Shown in pieces: positions 51,588-64,000 of a DNA stretch of 64,000 bases. The notes beneath the pieces are model-generated. The model was not told the origin of the DNA. It worked only from the letters and a program-made list of their open reading frames with translations, and ran no database searches. Location: assembly GCA_951406725.2 (NCBI GenBank), contig OX597838.1, positions 5,394,001-5,458,000 on the forward strand. Direction: 5' to 3'. Position 1 is the first letter of the stretch. Each line of letters starts with the position of its first letter. The translations under genes were made by a program, and so were the position numbers. Source of the DNA: Octopus vulgaris (Eukaryota).

Positions 51588-52460
51588 ATGACTGGTTACC
51601 TTCAAGTTCCGTCTACTAAATCCACTCACAAGTATTTGGTCGGCCCGTGGCTATAGTTGAAGACACTTGCCAAAACTGCCGCGCAGTGGGACTGAACCCA
51701 GAACCATGCGATTACGAAGCAATATTCTTACCACACCTACACATTCATTATATAATTCTTATAGATAGGATTCTATATATATGCGTTGGGTTTCAGTAAT
51801 TGACGGAATTATAGCACCTGGCTCGGTTGGCTTGACACGCAAATGTTGATGTGTTAGCTTATAGATTGGTACGTTTCAGTATTAAAGTTTCTAGACTAGA
51901 AAGAGTTAAGAGTATGACCGCATTGAATAAGAAGTAAACGGGTAAAAGTTAAATGTATTATATATACCTAAATACATTAAGAAAACTTGGAAATAGGCTA
52001 ATATAATTAGTTGCTGACGTAGAAGATGTGCTGCTTCTTATTATGCAACCATGGAAGAAACGATGTGGTTATTGAAAAGAAATAGAAGTCTTGGATATGC
52101 AATGATTTTTGTTTGGTATTCCTTATATTTAATAAAATACTTATTTAATACCAACATAAACTTAAATTCCAATAAGAATATTTATGAAGATTTTCTTCAA
52201 ATTTGCAGATTGAAGAATATTGTACGACTCGTTTTGAATCTAATTGAGCCAGAAATTAATTAAAAATGTTAGGCTATTATAGCTTTTCTAAACAAGCATT
52301 ATTGACTGATATTAAGCGATCGTTGGGTTGAATATACGCAAATACTTTATAGGCATTTCACCAGCAAACAGTAAACCCGAATTTCCAGACCTATTTCCTG
52401 ACCTCTGGGAAATTGTTTATGCAGATAGTGCATGAATATATGTATGTATGTACGTGTGGA

Positions 52461-52565
<105 letters not shown>

Positions 52566-52966
52566 ATCTATATGTATGTCTAACATGTGACTTCATTGAC
52601 CGATGTTACCGTGGTCTTTTCCGTAGGCTTTTCTTTCCACGAGTACACCTCACCTGTCCTCCCCTTTACACTTCATATTGACATTTCTGTGATTACGATC
52701 CCTATTGATCAACTTTTTTTTCCTCTCCCCTTTTCTCCCCCCCCCCTTTTTTAAAAAAAATCCTCCCCTTTTTTTTGTCCTCTTTCTTTCCTTTTACGAT
52801 TCCTTTTGAACGAAAACCAACCCCCATTTTTTTACCCCCAAAAGAAAAGCTCTACCTTGTAATTTGTTCTGTCTGTGTACAGCCCTGTGTGGCTAATAAA
52901 GAAACATATATGTATGTCTAACTATTTATAAATATTTTTATCTATCGAACTATCTATCTATATATT

Positions 52967-53038
<72 letters not shown>

Positions 53039-53048
53039 CATACATACA

Positions 53049-53082
<34 letters not shown>

Positions 53083-53201
53083 CATACATATGGAAATTTG
53101 GTCTTATTGTTTGCAGGTAAATTACCAATAAAATGTTAGCGTCTATTGAACTCAACGATGGCTAAATATCAATCAATAATACTTGTTTGGAAAAGCTATA
53201 T

Positions 53202-53615
53202 ACAGGGTGCGGTGTATAAGCTGTCGTCTAAATTGCGCAAAAATGTAAATAGCATTGCCATCTCGTTTTAACAAATATATTTACTAAAATTATATACAAA
53301 TTCAGTAAAATCGCCATTGGCTTCAATCACGGCATCCAGGCGACTTCGGAATCTCATGCAACTCTTCTGGTCTCCTAGTTTAATTTGGTCAATGCTGCCA
53401 TAAACCTTGCCCAGTTTTGTTGGTCTGTCGCTCAATTGTGTCTCGCACATAATAATCAAGGGGTTTGCAGTCTGGAGAGTTAGGTGGCAAGATGCTAAGA
53501 TTGATGCGGTCGCAGAAATTGTCTGGCAACCAAGACTGGGTTCTCCTGCTTATGTGGCATGGTGCAGAGTCCTGTTGCCAGGCATAGGGGCTCCCACCAG
53601 ATACCCTCTTCACCA
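53202..53615 (-). mobile_element. DD37D (maT-like) Tc1/mariner transposase 3' fragment with one terminus
   Basis: PYAWQQDSAPCH...PPNSPDCKPLDYYV and CMRFRSRLDAVIEANGDF on the - strand; TA|CAGGGTG terminus at ~53203. Confidence 0.8.
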
Positions 53616-54411
53616 AGCCAGTAAGATGTTTGCTTGCCAACCCCATAGTTCCATGTTCAGTCCCACCGCGTGTCAGCTTGGGCAAGTGTCTACTACTATA
53701 TCTTCGGGAAGACCAAACCGTTGTGAATGGATTTGGTAGAGAGAAACCTAAAGAAGCCAGTCGTATATAATTCAGGATATTAGTTGGAATATAGTTGCTC
53801 TTTTTAGCATATTGACTGGCCTCACTCCCTCCTCTCTCTCTGTATATATATATATATACATATACATACATACATATATATATATATACATACATACATA
53901 ATACATACTTTTATATATATATATATATATATATATGTACATATATGAATATATTTTTGTGTGTGAATATATAAATGTGTGTGTAAGTGTGCAGGTGTAT
54001 ATAATTATCACTAAGAAACAACAAATACATACACGCATATACACGAAGGCACGCAAGCACGCACACCACACACACACACACATACATACACACACACACA
54101 GAGAAATAGGGAAGTGAATTTCTATAGAGAAGTGAATTTGTATGGGCAAGTGAATTTCCTTAGGTCCAAAGTTCAACGATATGAACCGGTCAGTGACAGT
54201 TGCTGTTACTGTTTAATTTTAGTCGCCTCTAGAAGGAAAAATAAAAAAAAAAGAAAAAGAAATCTAGCAATCTGCAATTTCGTTATCACAACAACAATCT
54301 CCCATTTCATAGGAAATTATATTGTGCCGAAAATCACTGTTTGTCTGCAAGGATGCCATTAGATAAACAAACTGCAGTTATCAGATGTATATTATGTTAT
54401 ATATATTATAT

Positions 54412-54823
54412 GTGGCTGTGTGGTAAGTAGCTTGCTAACCAACCACATGGTTCCGGGTTCAGTCCACTGCGTGGCATCTTGGGCAAGTGTCTTCTGCTAT
54501 AGCCCCGGGCCGACCAATGCCTTGTGAGTGGATTTGGTAGACGGAGACTGAAAGAAGCCTGTCGTATATATGTATATATATATATATATAAGTGTGTGTG
54601 TATATGTTTGTGTGTCTGTGTTTGTCCCACTAGCATTGCTTGACAACCGATGCTGGTGTGTTTACGTCCCCGTCACTTAGCGGTTCGGCAAAAGAGACCG
54701 ATAGAATAAGTACTGGGCTTACAAGGAATAAGTCCCGGGATCGATTTGCTCGACTAAAGGCGGTGCTCCAGCATGGCCGCAGTCAAATGACTGAAACAAG
54801 TAAAAGAGTAAAAGAGTAAAAGA

Positions 54824-54826
<3 letters not shown>
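54412..54826 (+). mobile_element. Family A SINE, near full length
   Basis: Consensus match ending in (GTAAAAGA)3. Confidence 0.9.
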
Positions 54827-54879
<53 letters not shown>

Positions 54880-54882
<3 letters not shown>

Positions 54883-55181
54883 CGTGACCGACCAGGCTAT
54901 CAGCTGTTGTTACACATCGCTGGTCACAATGCGCTTCGCATGGTTTTAGCTTTCAAACGTCGCCACCCCGCTGGCTAGGCGAGCAGGCCAACAGTAAAAA
55001 GAGTGAGAGAAAGTTGTGGCGAAAGAGTGCAGCAGGGATCGCTACCACCCCGCGCCGGAGCCGCTTGGAACTTGAGGTGTTTTCGCTCAATAAACACTGA
55101 CAGCGCCCGGTCTGGGAATCGAAACCGCGATCCTACGACCACGAGTCCGGTGCCCTAACCACTGGGCCATTGCGCCTCCAC
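54880..55181 (-). mobile_element. tRNA-derived SINE, third family
   Basis: Reverse complement of 11894-12205. Confidence 0.85.
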
Positions 55182-56459
55182 GTTATATGTGAGTGTGTGT
55201 GTTTGTTTGTGTGTGTGTGTATGTGTGTGCGCGTGTGTGTGTGTATACATCATTTCAAGTCGATCTTGAAATGTATTTTCCGAACCTATTCCTCAATTTC
55301 GTAGCATATTTCATCTGCGTGAACTGCAAGAATGTTTAGAGCATCGGAGAAAACAATATGCAATATATGTCCCCTGTCTTTGTATTCTGAGTTCGATTCA
55401 CAATGCATTCAACATCGCTGTTCATCTCCCAAGGGATTTAATAAATAAATGTAGTAGCCCAGTAGAAATACATACCTGTACGTATAAAATGGGGATGAAT
55501 TACAAAGCAGTATATTTTAATTTGCAGCCATGGAAATGTATGCCTATAAACACAGCGAGGCTGTGCGGTCGGTAAGAAGCTTGCTTCCCAAGCACAGGGT
55601 TCCGGGTTCAGTCCCACCGCGTGACACTTTCGGCAAGTGTCTTCTACTCTAGCTTCAAGGCGAGCAAAACCTTGTGAATGGATTGGGTAGACGGAAATTG
55701 AATGAAGCCCGTCGTATACACACACACGCACATACATACATATTCACATACACACACACACACACACACACATACATGTATGTATATAATTATGTGAGTG
55801 CGTGTTTCTGTCTGTGTTTGTCTCCACACCGTCACTTGGCACTCAATGTTGGTGGTGCGTTTACGTCGACGTAACTTAGCGTTTCGGCAAAAGAGACCTA
55901 TAGAAAAAGTACTAGGCTTACAAAGAATAAGTTGTGGAGTCGATTGAAGGCGGTGCTCCAGCATGGCCGCATTCAAATGGCTGAAACATTAAAGAATAAG
56001 ACCAAAAGAACACATATGTTGTAACTATACACACACAGAATAACACACACATATGTAACACACACACATAATTAGACACACACACACACACACATACACA
56101 AGCATATCTAAATACATCTCTCCATTTCACAAAATATATGCTGAAATTTATCGTTTTAATATATGAATTTCCTCCGCAAAAATAGTTGTATTTGGAATTT
56201 GATATTCTGTCACTGAGCGGGTCAAATCGTTGAACTTTGGACCTAAGGAAATTCACTTGCCCATACAAATTCACTTCTCTATAGAAATTCACTTTCCTAT
56301 TTATGTGTGTGTGTGTTTGTGTGGTGTGCGTGCGTGCGTGCCTTCGTGTATATGCGTGTATGACCGTATATGTGTTTGTTGTTTCTTAGTGATAATTATA
56401 TACGCGTGCACACTTACACACACATATATATTCACACACAAAAATATATGTATATATGC

Positions 56460-56543
<84 letters not shown>

Positions 56544-56971
56544 GGAGGGAGAGAAATAGATAGAAATATAGATATATAGATAATTTAAATTTAAATTTAA
56601 AACGAGGGTGAAAAATTGGATATTAATTTGATTAACATCAAACTAAAACCAGTGGTCTAGCATATTAAAATCCGAAGGTTCAGTAAATTGTATTACATAC
56701 ATATGAGAAGGATGACCACTATGTTGACACCCTTACCCTTATGTTAGAAGTAGATCCACTATGGTCTTGAATTGCTAAATTTGCTAAATTTTCTCGAGAG
56801 AATTTCTTAGTGGTAAGACCATAGCGGATCTACTTCTAGCAGAAAGGTTGTACACATAGTGGCCATCTCTCTCATATGTGTGTACCCATATATGCGTGTA
56901 TATATACATGTAGAGGTAGGTACGTACATATATGTATATATATATGCATATGTCTTATTTATTAATATATC

Positions 56972-57002
<31 letters not shown>

Positions 57003-57003
57003 A

Positions 57004-57056
<53 letters not shown>

Positions 57057-57769
57057 GCGTGTACACGCACACATGCACACACGTACACATATACACATGT
57101 GTGGGTGTGTGTGTGTATGACTGCAATATTCTTCAGAAATAATTCTTTCCCGAAATTTTCCTGTTTCTCAGCTTTATATAGAAGATCATTTGTAGTGTAT
57201 TGTAGATTGCGACATTCATATACTGAAAGTCACTTATGCGAGTTAATGCGATTAGAATATCAATTAGAAATAGATATTTAGAAAAATTACAATATTGATG
57301 CCTTACATCTATTCCCATATTAATTCATGTTGTAATTAGCTGCAATTTTCTTTCAATCTGGAAACATTGCAAAATCGCCATAAATTTCTCCATGACATTT
57401 AAATTTAATTTAATACGAACTCATTATTATATCAGAAATATAAAAGCAATGTCTCATATTTAGCATTGTATTTGTTTACATTGATCAAAACTCGCTATTT
57501 TAACTTGGCATAAATATCTCTAGGTCATCACCACCTCATGTTCAGCATAGCGCGTTTCCAAATTGTCTTTGAAGCCCAAGAGCATTCTGCAAACTACCCA
57601 GCCATCATAAAAGCAGCTGCATTCTTCATTCTGGAATAATAATGTCCCGCAATGATATACTAAAAATTAAACTAATCTAGGAGAGTCATATCTGCATATC
57701 CTAAATAAGTTTCAAAACTTCTGGTATGTACTAAGTATCATTCTAAATCTTATGAAGTTTGTTATAAAT

Positions 57770-58620
57770 AAAGAGAAATTTGCTGCGATTTCAAGCAGTT
57801 GTAACGTAGTGTCGCGTCTCGTCACTTCTCAAAGCGCATTTTAAAATAAATTCTGAAAGTAGTCTATGCAAAAATCTAGGTGGAATTTGCTGCTATTTCT
57901 AGCAGATCTAATGTACAGTGTCTCTTCTTATCACACTTTTACGTTGTTTTAAAATATGAATCAAGAATGTAGTCTACGCAAACTCTACGAGAACATTGCT
58001 GCTATGTCTAGCAGTTGTAACATACGGTGTCTCGTATTGTCGCTCTTTTAAATCTTGTTAAAATATGACTTCTGAATGTTGACTATTTCTACCAGATCTA
58101 TTTCTACCAGATCTAACGGAGAATGTATTTTCATATTGATATTTTCAATTGTTTTAAAATATAAATTTTGAATGTAGACTATGGAAAGAGGAAGAACAAT
58201 TTACTGCTATTCCTTGCAGTTCTAACGTAGTGTCTGATCTCGCTATTTTAAATTGTTTTAAAATATATATTCTGAAAGTTGTCTGGGTATACTCTAGGAA
58301 TCTTAGCTGCTATTTCTAGCAGTTCTAAGGTGCGCTGTCCAGACTTGATGCCCCTTTAAATCATTTTAAAATATGAATTTTGAAGATAGTTTATGCCAAT
58401 TCTAGGAGAATTTATTGCTATTTCTAGCAGTTCTGATGTACCGTTTCTCTTCTTGTCGCATTTTAAATCGTTTTAAAATATGTCTTCTGAATGCAGTCTA
58501 TGCAAATCTTAGTAAAGTGTTGCTGCTATTTCTAGCATATGTGACGCACAGTGCTTCTTCTTTTCAATTTTAAATTGCTTTAAAATATGAATTTCGAAAT
58601 TATGCTACGCAAACTCAGAG
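57770..58620. repeat. Diverged ~105-110-bp tandem repeat, about 8 units (2-3 more at ~60160-60430)
   Basis: TTGCTGCTATTTCTAGCAG...TTTTAAAATATGAATTCTGAA.GTAGTCTATGCAAA recurs near 57780, 57888, 57997, 58200, 58305, 58413 and 58520. Confidence 0.85.
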
Positions 58621-58984
58621 TAAACACAATAATGAATTTTTACGTAATTATAATATGTATGAGATTAATATTTATTAGGTTATATACATAATTATAATAT
58701 TTATATCTATACTTTTGAACGGAGCGAAATATTGTGAGGGTTGTATCTAGGAAAAGGGCCCTCGTTAAAGATAAGCTAAGATGAACAATCTATATCTGTA
58801 AATACTCATAATTAATTTTAACAGGTACAAAACAAAATGAAAATATCAAAACTATTTTTTTGTTGAAAATGATAATAAAAGGAAAATAATAAAAATTGTA
58901 TTTCTTAAAACTTTAGTCTATATCAAAGTTGAATTTTAAATTTAGTGGAAAAAAAAATATAAATAAAATTCCCTGGTCATCCGA

Positions 58985-59120
58985 CTGTGCCCCTTCGTTG
59001 AAGATTCAGCCAATAGAAATTCATCTCTTAAAAAGTAACCCCTGCTTAATCATCTTTAGGGTTACCCCCACCCCAGATTAACACTATTTAAGGTCAGCAA
59101 AGTTTGCAAGATCATCAGTT
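58985..59120 (+). promoter_or_regulatory. Promoter of paralog 2 (CCAAT, TATA-like, Inr)
   Basis: CAGCCAATAG (CCAAT at 59010-59014) in a context matching 14150-14180; TATTTAAG at 59085; Inr TCAGTT at 59115-59120, about 30 nt downstream. Confidence 0.62.
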
Positions 59121-59214
59121 CGCAACCAGCAGAGCAGCGCCTTAGACTTGTCACGACCCTGACTGCTGCCTTTACATATAAGATTATTAGTGACCACAAG
59201 GATCTACAGCTCCC
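59117..59214 (+). other. Non-coding exon 1 of paralog 2 (start approximate)
   Basis: Runs from the Inr to a GTAAGT donor at 59215; about 100 nt, like exon 1 of gene 1. Confidence 0.55.
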
Positions 59215-59550
59215 GTAAGTCCTTTTTTTTTTGTTTTCAATTTGTTCTCTACAATATTCATAAGCATTTAACAGTAACCATCTAAGATACTTACATTTTT
59301 TATGCATAAATGAAATCCTTATATTGAGTACGTAGCTGATACTGAAATATTTTCACGTATTAATTTCGATTGAGATAGCCAACGAGGAAAGTCGTTTAAA
59401 GTTGCACCATCGTGCATTTAAATTTATTAGGCGTAGAATATATTAAATAGCATAACAGCGCAAAGAGTCTTTACTCACAAGTATAATGTGGGTTTATGAA
59501 GCAGTATCCTTAGAGCCACGAACTTTTCAGTTCCCCACTTATATACTTTT

Positions 59551-59766
59551 TTTTACTTGTTTCAGTCATTTGACTGCGGCCATGCTGGAGCACCGCTTTT
59601 AATCGATCAACTCGACCCGGGACTTATTCTTTGTAAGCCCAGTACTTATTCTATCGGTCTGTTTTGCCGAACCGCTAAGTGACGGGGACATAAACACACC
59701 AGAATCGGTTGTCAAGCAATGCTAGGGGGACAAACACAGACACACAAACACACACACATACACATA

Positions 59767-59797
<31 letters not shown>

Positions 59798-59962
59798 TAC
59801 GACGGGCTTCTTTCAGTTTCCATCTACCAAATCCACTCACAAGGCTTTGGTCGGCCTGAGGCTATAGTAGAAGACACTTGCCCAAGGTGCCACACAGTGG
59901 AACTGAACCCGGAACCATGTGGTAGGTAAACAAGCTACTTACCACACAGTCACTCCTGCACC
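59551..59962 (-). mobile_element. Family A SINE, full length
   Basis: Consensus match on the - strand. Confidence 0.9.
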
Positions 59963-59973
59963 TGTATATATAT

Positions 59974-60038
<65 letters not shown>

Positions 60039-61316
60039 CATACATACATACTTACACATACACATATGTATTATATGTCCCATTTTGATGGTTATTTCAT
60101 TGAAATGTTTCAGATATTTTGTTCTTATTTGTTATTTGTACATATACACATACTAGGAGAGTTTGTTGTTATTTCTAGCTGTTCTCTCGGACAGAGTCTC
60201 TTCTCGCTCTTTCAAATTGTTTTAAAATATGAAATCTGGAAGTAATCTATGTACAATTCTGGGAGAACTTTGCTGCTACTTCTAGCAGGTGTAAAACACA
60301 GTCACCTATTGCGCTCTTTTAAAATGTATTCAAATGTGAATTAGCTGTAAAGTTGTAGCTTACTGTGCTTCATCTTTTCGCTTTTCTAAAATCCTTAACA
60401 ATATAAATTCTGCATGTATTCCATGCAAACTCTGGGTTAACGCCAGAAGAAATATTTGTGTTGTTACAAATATGTATGAGAATAATATTTATTAGCTTAT
60501 ATAAATAATTATAGCTTCAACAAATCTTTCCCTTTTAAATTTTTTCGCCACAATATTCATAAATATTTTATAGTAAAACAACAGATCTTTCATCTGCATT
60601 TTACGATATTTAAATTTTTTTTAATGCATATCCTCATATTGAGTATGTAGCAGTTAAGTTGCGAGAAAAATAAATTCTAGAGAATGTAGTAAAATACACA
60701 CTCCATAGTAGGCTTAATACTTTTTCCATTCCTTCATTTGTTTATTTTCAACTTTGTGTATGAAATGTTCCTAGCTTTGGGTAATAGAAAATAGAGGAAG
60801 ATGAGTTAAAAATGATTTTATTCAACATATTCCCCTCGCAGATTCACACACATGTAGCGAAGTCCTACAGTTTTTATAAGAACTGTAATAGATCATGGAA
60901 CGTTTGGCCTTCAAGTAGGCATTTCGCGTTACGTTTAAAACCAACATTTATCTTTTTACATATTTCAATTCACGATTAAATCACTGTACATAAATCCCCT
61001 ACTAGACAAGGTTTTCGAAGCTTGTTCTTTTTTCTGTACATATATATTCCCCTCCCATTACCGAAAGCTGAACAGTTATCTCCCTTACACACAACAATAG
61101 CAATAACCAATTACCTCCCCTTATTTATCTACTTGTTAAGTCATTCAATCGTGTATATGATCATACACAACATGGACAACATTTCTTAAGAAAAAATACA
61201 TATTCAAATAAGTAAAACATAACATCATGAATAGCGATAGCGAAACCGGTCGATATATTAAAAATTATATTAAAACTATGTAAGTGTGCGTATTTTCTTT
61301 TTTTTTTTTTAAATTT

Positions 61317-61391
<75 letters not shown>

Positions 61392-61409
61392 ATGATAGTG
61401 TATGTGTGC

Positions 61410-61475
<66 letters not shown>

Positions 61476-61814
61476 AGAGAAAGAGAGAGAGCAAATAAGA
61501 AGACGGGGTGGATATAAAGTCGAGAAATATCAGCCAGTGTTTACTGGGTTCGATCTAATTGACTGGGCTCTTCCCCAAAATTTCGGGCCTTGTGTCTAGA
61601 GTAGAAAAGAATACTTATTATGTACCTGAAAAGCAATATATTTAGATAATTCCTTTCATAATCTCTCTCACTTCTGCCATCCTTACAGTTGTAGTGGATT
61701 ATTTAGATTAGATTTATTAATTACCCACGTTCTTCATACACTTTATTTTTCAGCCAATCATTTGAAGCTATTTCTTTGAAAATTACCTTCAAATTCATAA
61801 CTTTTTTGGATATA

Positions 61815-61904
61815 ATGAATATAATGGCAACTGGTGGATCAAATTCATCCGACGATACGAGCGATAATGATTCCTTTCTCGAACAAAGAGAATTCGATGA
61901 AGTG
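61815..61904 (+). CDS. Paralog 2, first coding exon (exon starts at 61754): MNIMATGGSNSSDDTSDNDSFLEQREFDEV (ATG at 61815 or 61824)
   Basis: Acceptor TTTATTTTTCAG|. The 5' UTR CATTTGAAGCTATTTCTTTGAAA matches CATTTGAAGTTATTTCTCTAAAA of gene 1. Phase-0 donor GTG|GTAAGT as in gene 1. Confidence 0.75.
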
Positions 61905-62106
61905 GTAAGTTTTCGTAAATTCACTCACATATATACACATACACATGCAGGTATATTCACACATGCCCATACACAATTAGCATTCCGTTGGTTACGACTA
62001 CGATGTTTCCAGTTGATTAAATCAAGAGAACAGCCTGCTCCTGAAATTATTGTGCAAGTGACTGAACACCTCACAGAAAAAAAAAAACAACAACATTTAT
62101 TTATAG

Positions 62107-62525
62107 ACGTAGGAGTGGCTGTGTGGTAAGTAGCTTGCTAACCAACCACATGGTTCTGGGTTCAGTCCCACTGCATGGCATCTTGGGCAAGTGTCTTCTG
62201 CTATAGCCCCGGGCCGACCAATGCCTTGTGAGTGGATTTGGTAGACGGAAACTGAAAGAAGCCTGTCGTATATATGTATATATATATATATATTTGTGTG
62301 TTGTGTGTGTGTGTGTTGTGTGTGGTATGTGTTTGTCCCCTAGCATCGCTTGATAACCGATGCTGGTTTGTTTACGTCCCCGTAACTTAGCGGTTCGGCA
62401 AAAGAGACCGATAGAATAAGTACTGGGCTTACAAAAAAGAATAAGTCCCGGGGTCGTTTTGCTCGACTAAAAAAAGGCGGTGCTCCAGCATGGCCGCAGT
62501 CAAATGGCTGAAACAAGTTTAAAAG
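62107..62525 (+). mobile_element. Family A SINE, full length
   Basis: Consensus match. Confidence 0.9.
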
Positions 62526-62811
62526 AGAGTATTTCTCAGAGATACCCAGCAAGACAGACAATGTAGCAAGATTCTCCCTTTTGGATTACAGTTGCAACTC
62601 ACTTTCTCCAGCTGAGCAAACTAGAACAAACATGCACTGAGATATGAACATTGTTTGTTTTAATTTTCATGTGTTTTGCATGCAGGTTTCAGATACAAAC
62701 ATCAGTTCCTTTCTATTTTGTATCCCTTTTTCTGTGACTCATGTAAATATATTTCCATTTATTAACAGGCACAAATCTATATTTTATATCAAAATTCCCA
62801 TGTATTAATAT

Positions 62812-63202
62812 TTATATATAAAACTGAAGTTGTGTGGTATCTGTCCCCTTCGATTTAGATTCCTAACTCCTCCCACATTTTGCGGTGCAGTTTAACCAAA
62901 ACCGGGTTTATTATTGTCGTGATTCATATCGAGCCCTTCTGGGTATTAGCGCGCATCTACGATGAGTCTACGATTAAAATAAAACTTACCATAAATCTTT
63001 CCCATTTTTAATGCATCTTTGGCATATATAAGGGAAGTAACTCTCTAAAAATTTATTATTAAATCTCAGAACGTAAAAAGCTACAGTAACACCCCCTTTG
63101 TGGTTAGCCATATTGAGATGGCTATTATACTTTACATCTCTAAAAAATGCTTATATAGTTATTTCCCTTACAAACCCGAGCAACGCCGGGCGATACTGCT
63201 AG
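62812..63202 (+). mobile_element. Non-autonomous Helitron-like element
   Basis: 5' TATATATAAAA start; 3' GC hairpin CCCGAGCAACGCCGGG shortly before a CTAG|T terminus. Confidence 0.7.
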
Positions 63203-63313
63203 TGTAAATATATTTCCATTTATTAGCAGGCACAAATCTATATTTTATATCAAAATTCCCTTGTGTTAATGTATTATATATTTAAAAAATGCTTTTTATC
63301 TTATCATTTAAAG

Positions 63314-63350
63314 GTACCGATGGTGGACACAAGAAATCCACCGTTCGATG
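63314..63350 (+). CDS. Paralog 2, 37-nt micro-exon: VPMVDTRNPPFD+g
   Basis: TTATCATTTAAAG| acceptor and ATG|GTAAGT donor. Same length (37 nt) and phases (0 to 1) as 19126-19162, with a conserved xP......F(D/E) pattern. Confidence 0.75.
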
Positions 63351-64000
63351 GTAAGTACATGATTTGATTTTCTGAATGATCGAGAATGTTGACTCTATGA
63401 TGACGGTGATAGTGGTGGTGGGGATCTTATCGGTGGTGACGCTGATAACGATGACAGTGATGATGATCATGATAGTGGTGCTGCTGCTGACAAAAGGCGA
63501 TAATTTTGATGCCGATGATCTTGAATATGAACCTCAAGTAATAGTCAACATGCCACATGGTTCATGGCTGAGTCTCACCATGTAGCACCTTGAGCAGATA
63601 TCGTCTATTTCATGTGTGTTCCTGTGTATGTGTGTGTGTTTTTTGTGATGTTTGGCTTTCTGTTTAAGTTTGTCCCACGCCACCACATTACTAGCCAAAG
63701 TCGCTTCTGCTTGAGACACCATAACTCACCAGATGGGCAATAATTGATCCATAGAAGGAATTACAGCCTCTAATAAGTTGTGGGATCAATTTGCTCAAGT
63801 AAACACTTGAAGCATGGCTGCTGTCCAATGACTGAAGCCAATCAAAGATACCTGATAAATATGAAGTCCATTGTGAAGAAATCTGCCCCATTTCTCTCTC
63901 CCTCTTCATCTCTCTCTCTTTCTACCCATTTAATAAAACTAAAAATTGCATGAAAAATTATTTTTGTAGAAAACTATGACACACATAAGGTTATTGCTAT

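Noticed and set aside
52580-52905. Pyrimidine-rich segment ending in AATAAA, as a gene 3' end
   Set aside because: It sits between microsatellites with no linked exons and more likely is a LINE 3' UTR fragment; it could not be classified.

Overview
AT-rich eukaryotic genomic DNA saturated with (TA)n/(CA)n/(CT)n microsatellites and tRNA-derived SINEs; the repeat repertoire suggests an Octopus (coleoid cephalopod) genome, which is inference from recalled repeat families. Almost all ORFs in the supplied track are microsatellite or SINE artefacts. Real host content is a small paralog cluster. (1) A complete + strand gene (non-coding exon ~14251-14352; coding exons 18765-18851, 19126-19162, 19707-21744, 22042-22054; 724 aa) encodes a stand-alone ZC3H7/RoXaN-like CCCH zinc-finger module without TPRs, followed by a long N/S/acidic tail. 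(2) The 5' part of a second + strand paralog has the same promoter motif and exon phases, including a 37-nt micro-exon (59117-63350, runs off the window). (3) The promoter and first exon of a probable third, divergently oriented paralog lie on the - strand (482-830). Mobile DNA includes a frameshifted Penelope-like element (RT + GIY-YIG, pLTRs with minimal hammerhead motifs), Tc1 and DD37D remnants, CR1-clade LINE 3' ends sharing a tail with the main SINE, Mutator-type MITEs, Helitron remnants and a ~4.4-kb tandem segmental duplication. The most striking non-coding signal is a set of three different hammerhead-ribozyme architectures. One is a candidate non-circularly permuted (pseudoknotted) hammerhead at 42643-42704, in a recently inserted 783-nt non-coding element with identical 83-bp direct repeats. 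Repeat boundaries were read by eye and are approximate.
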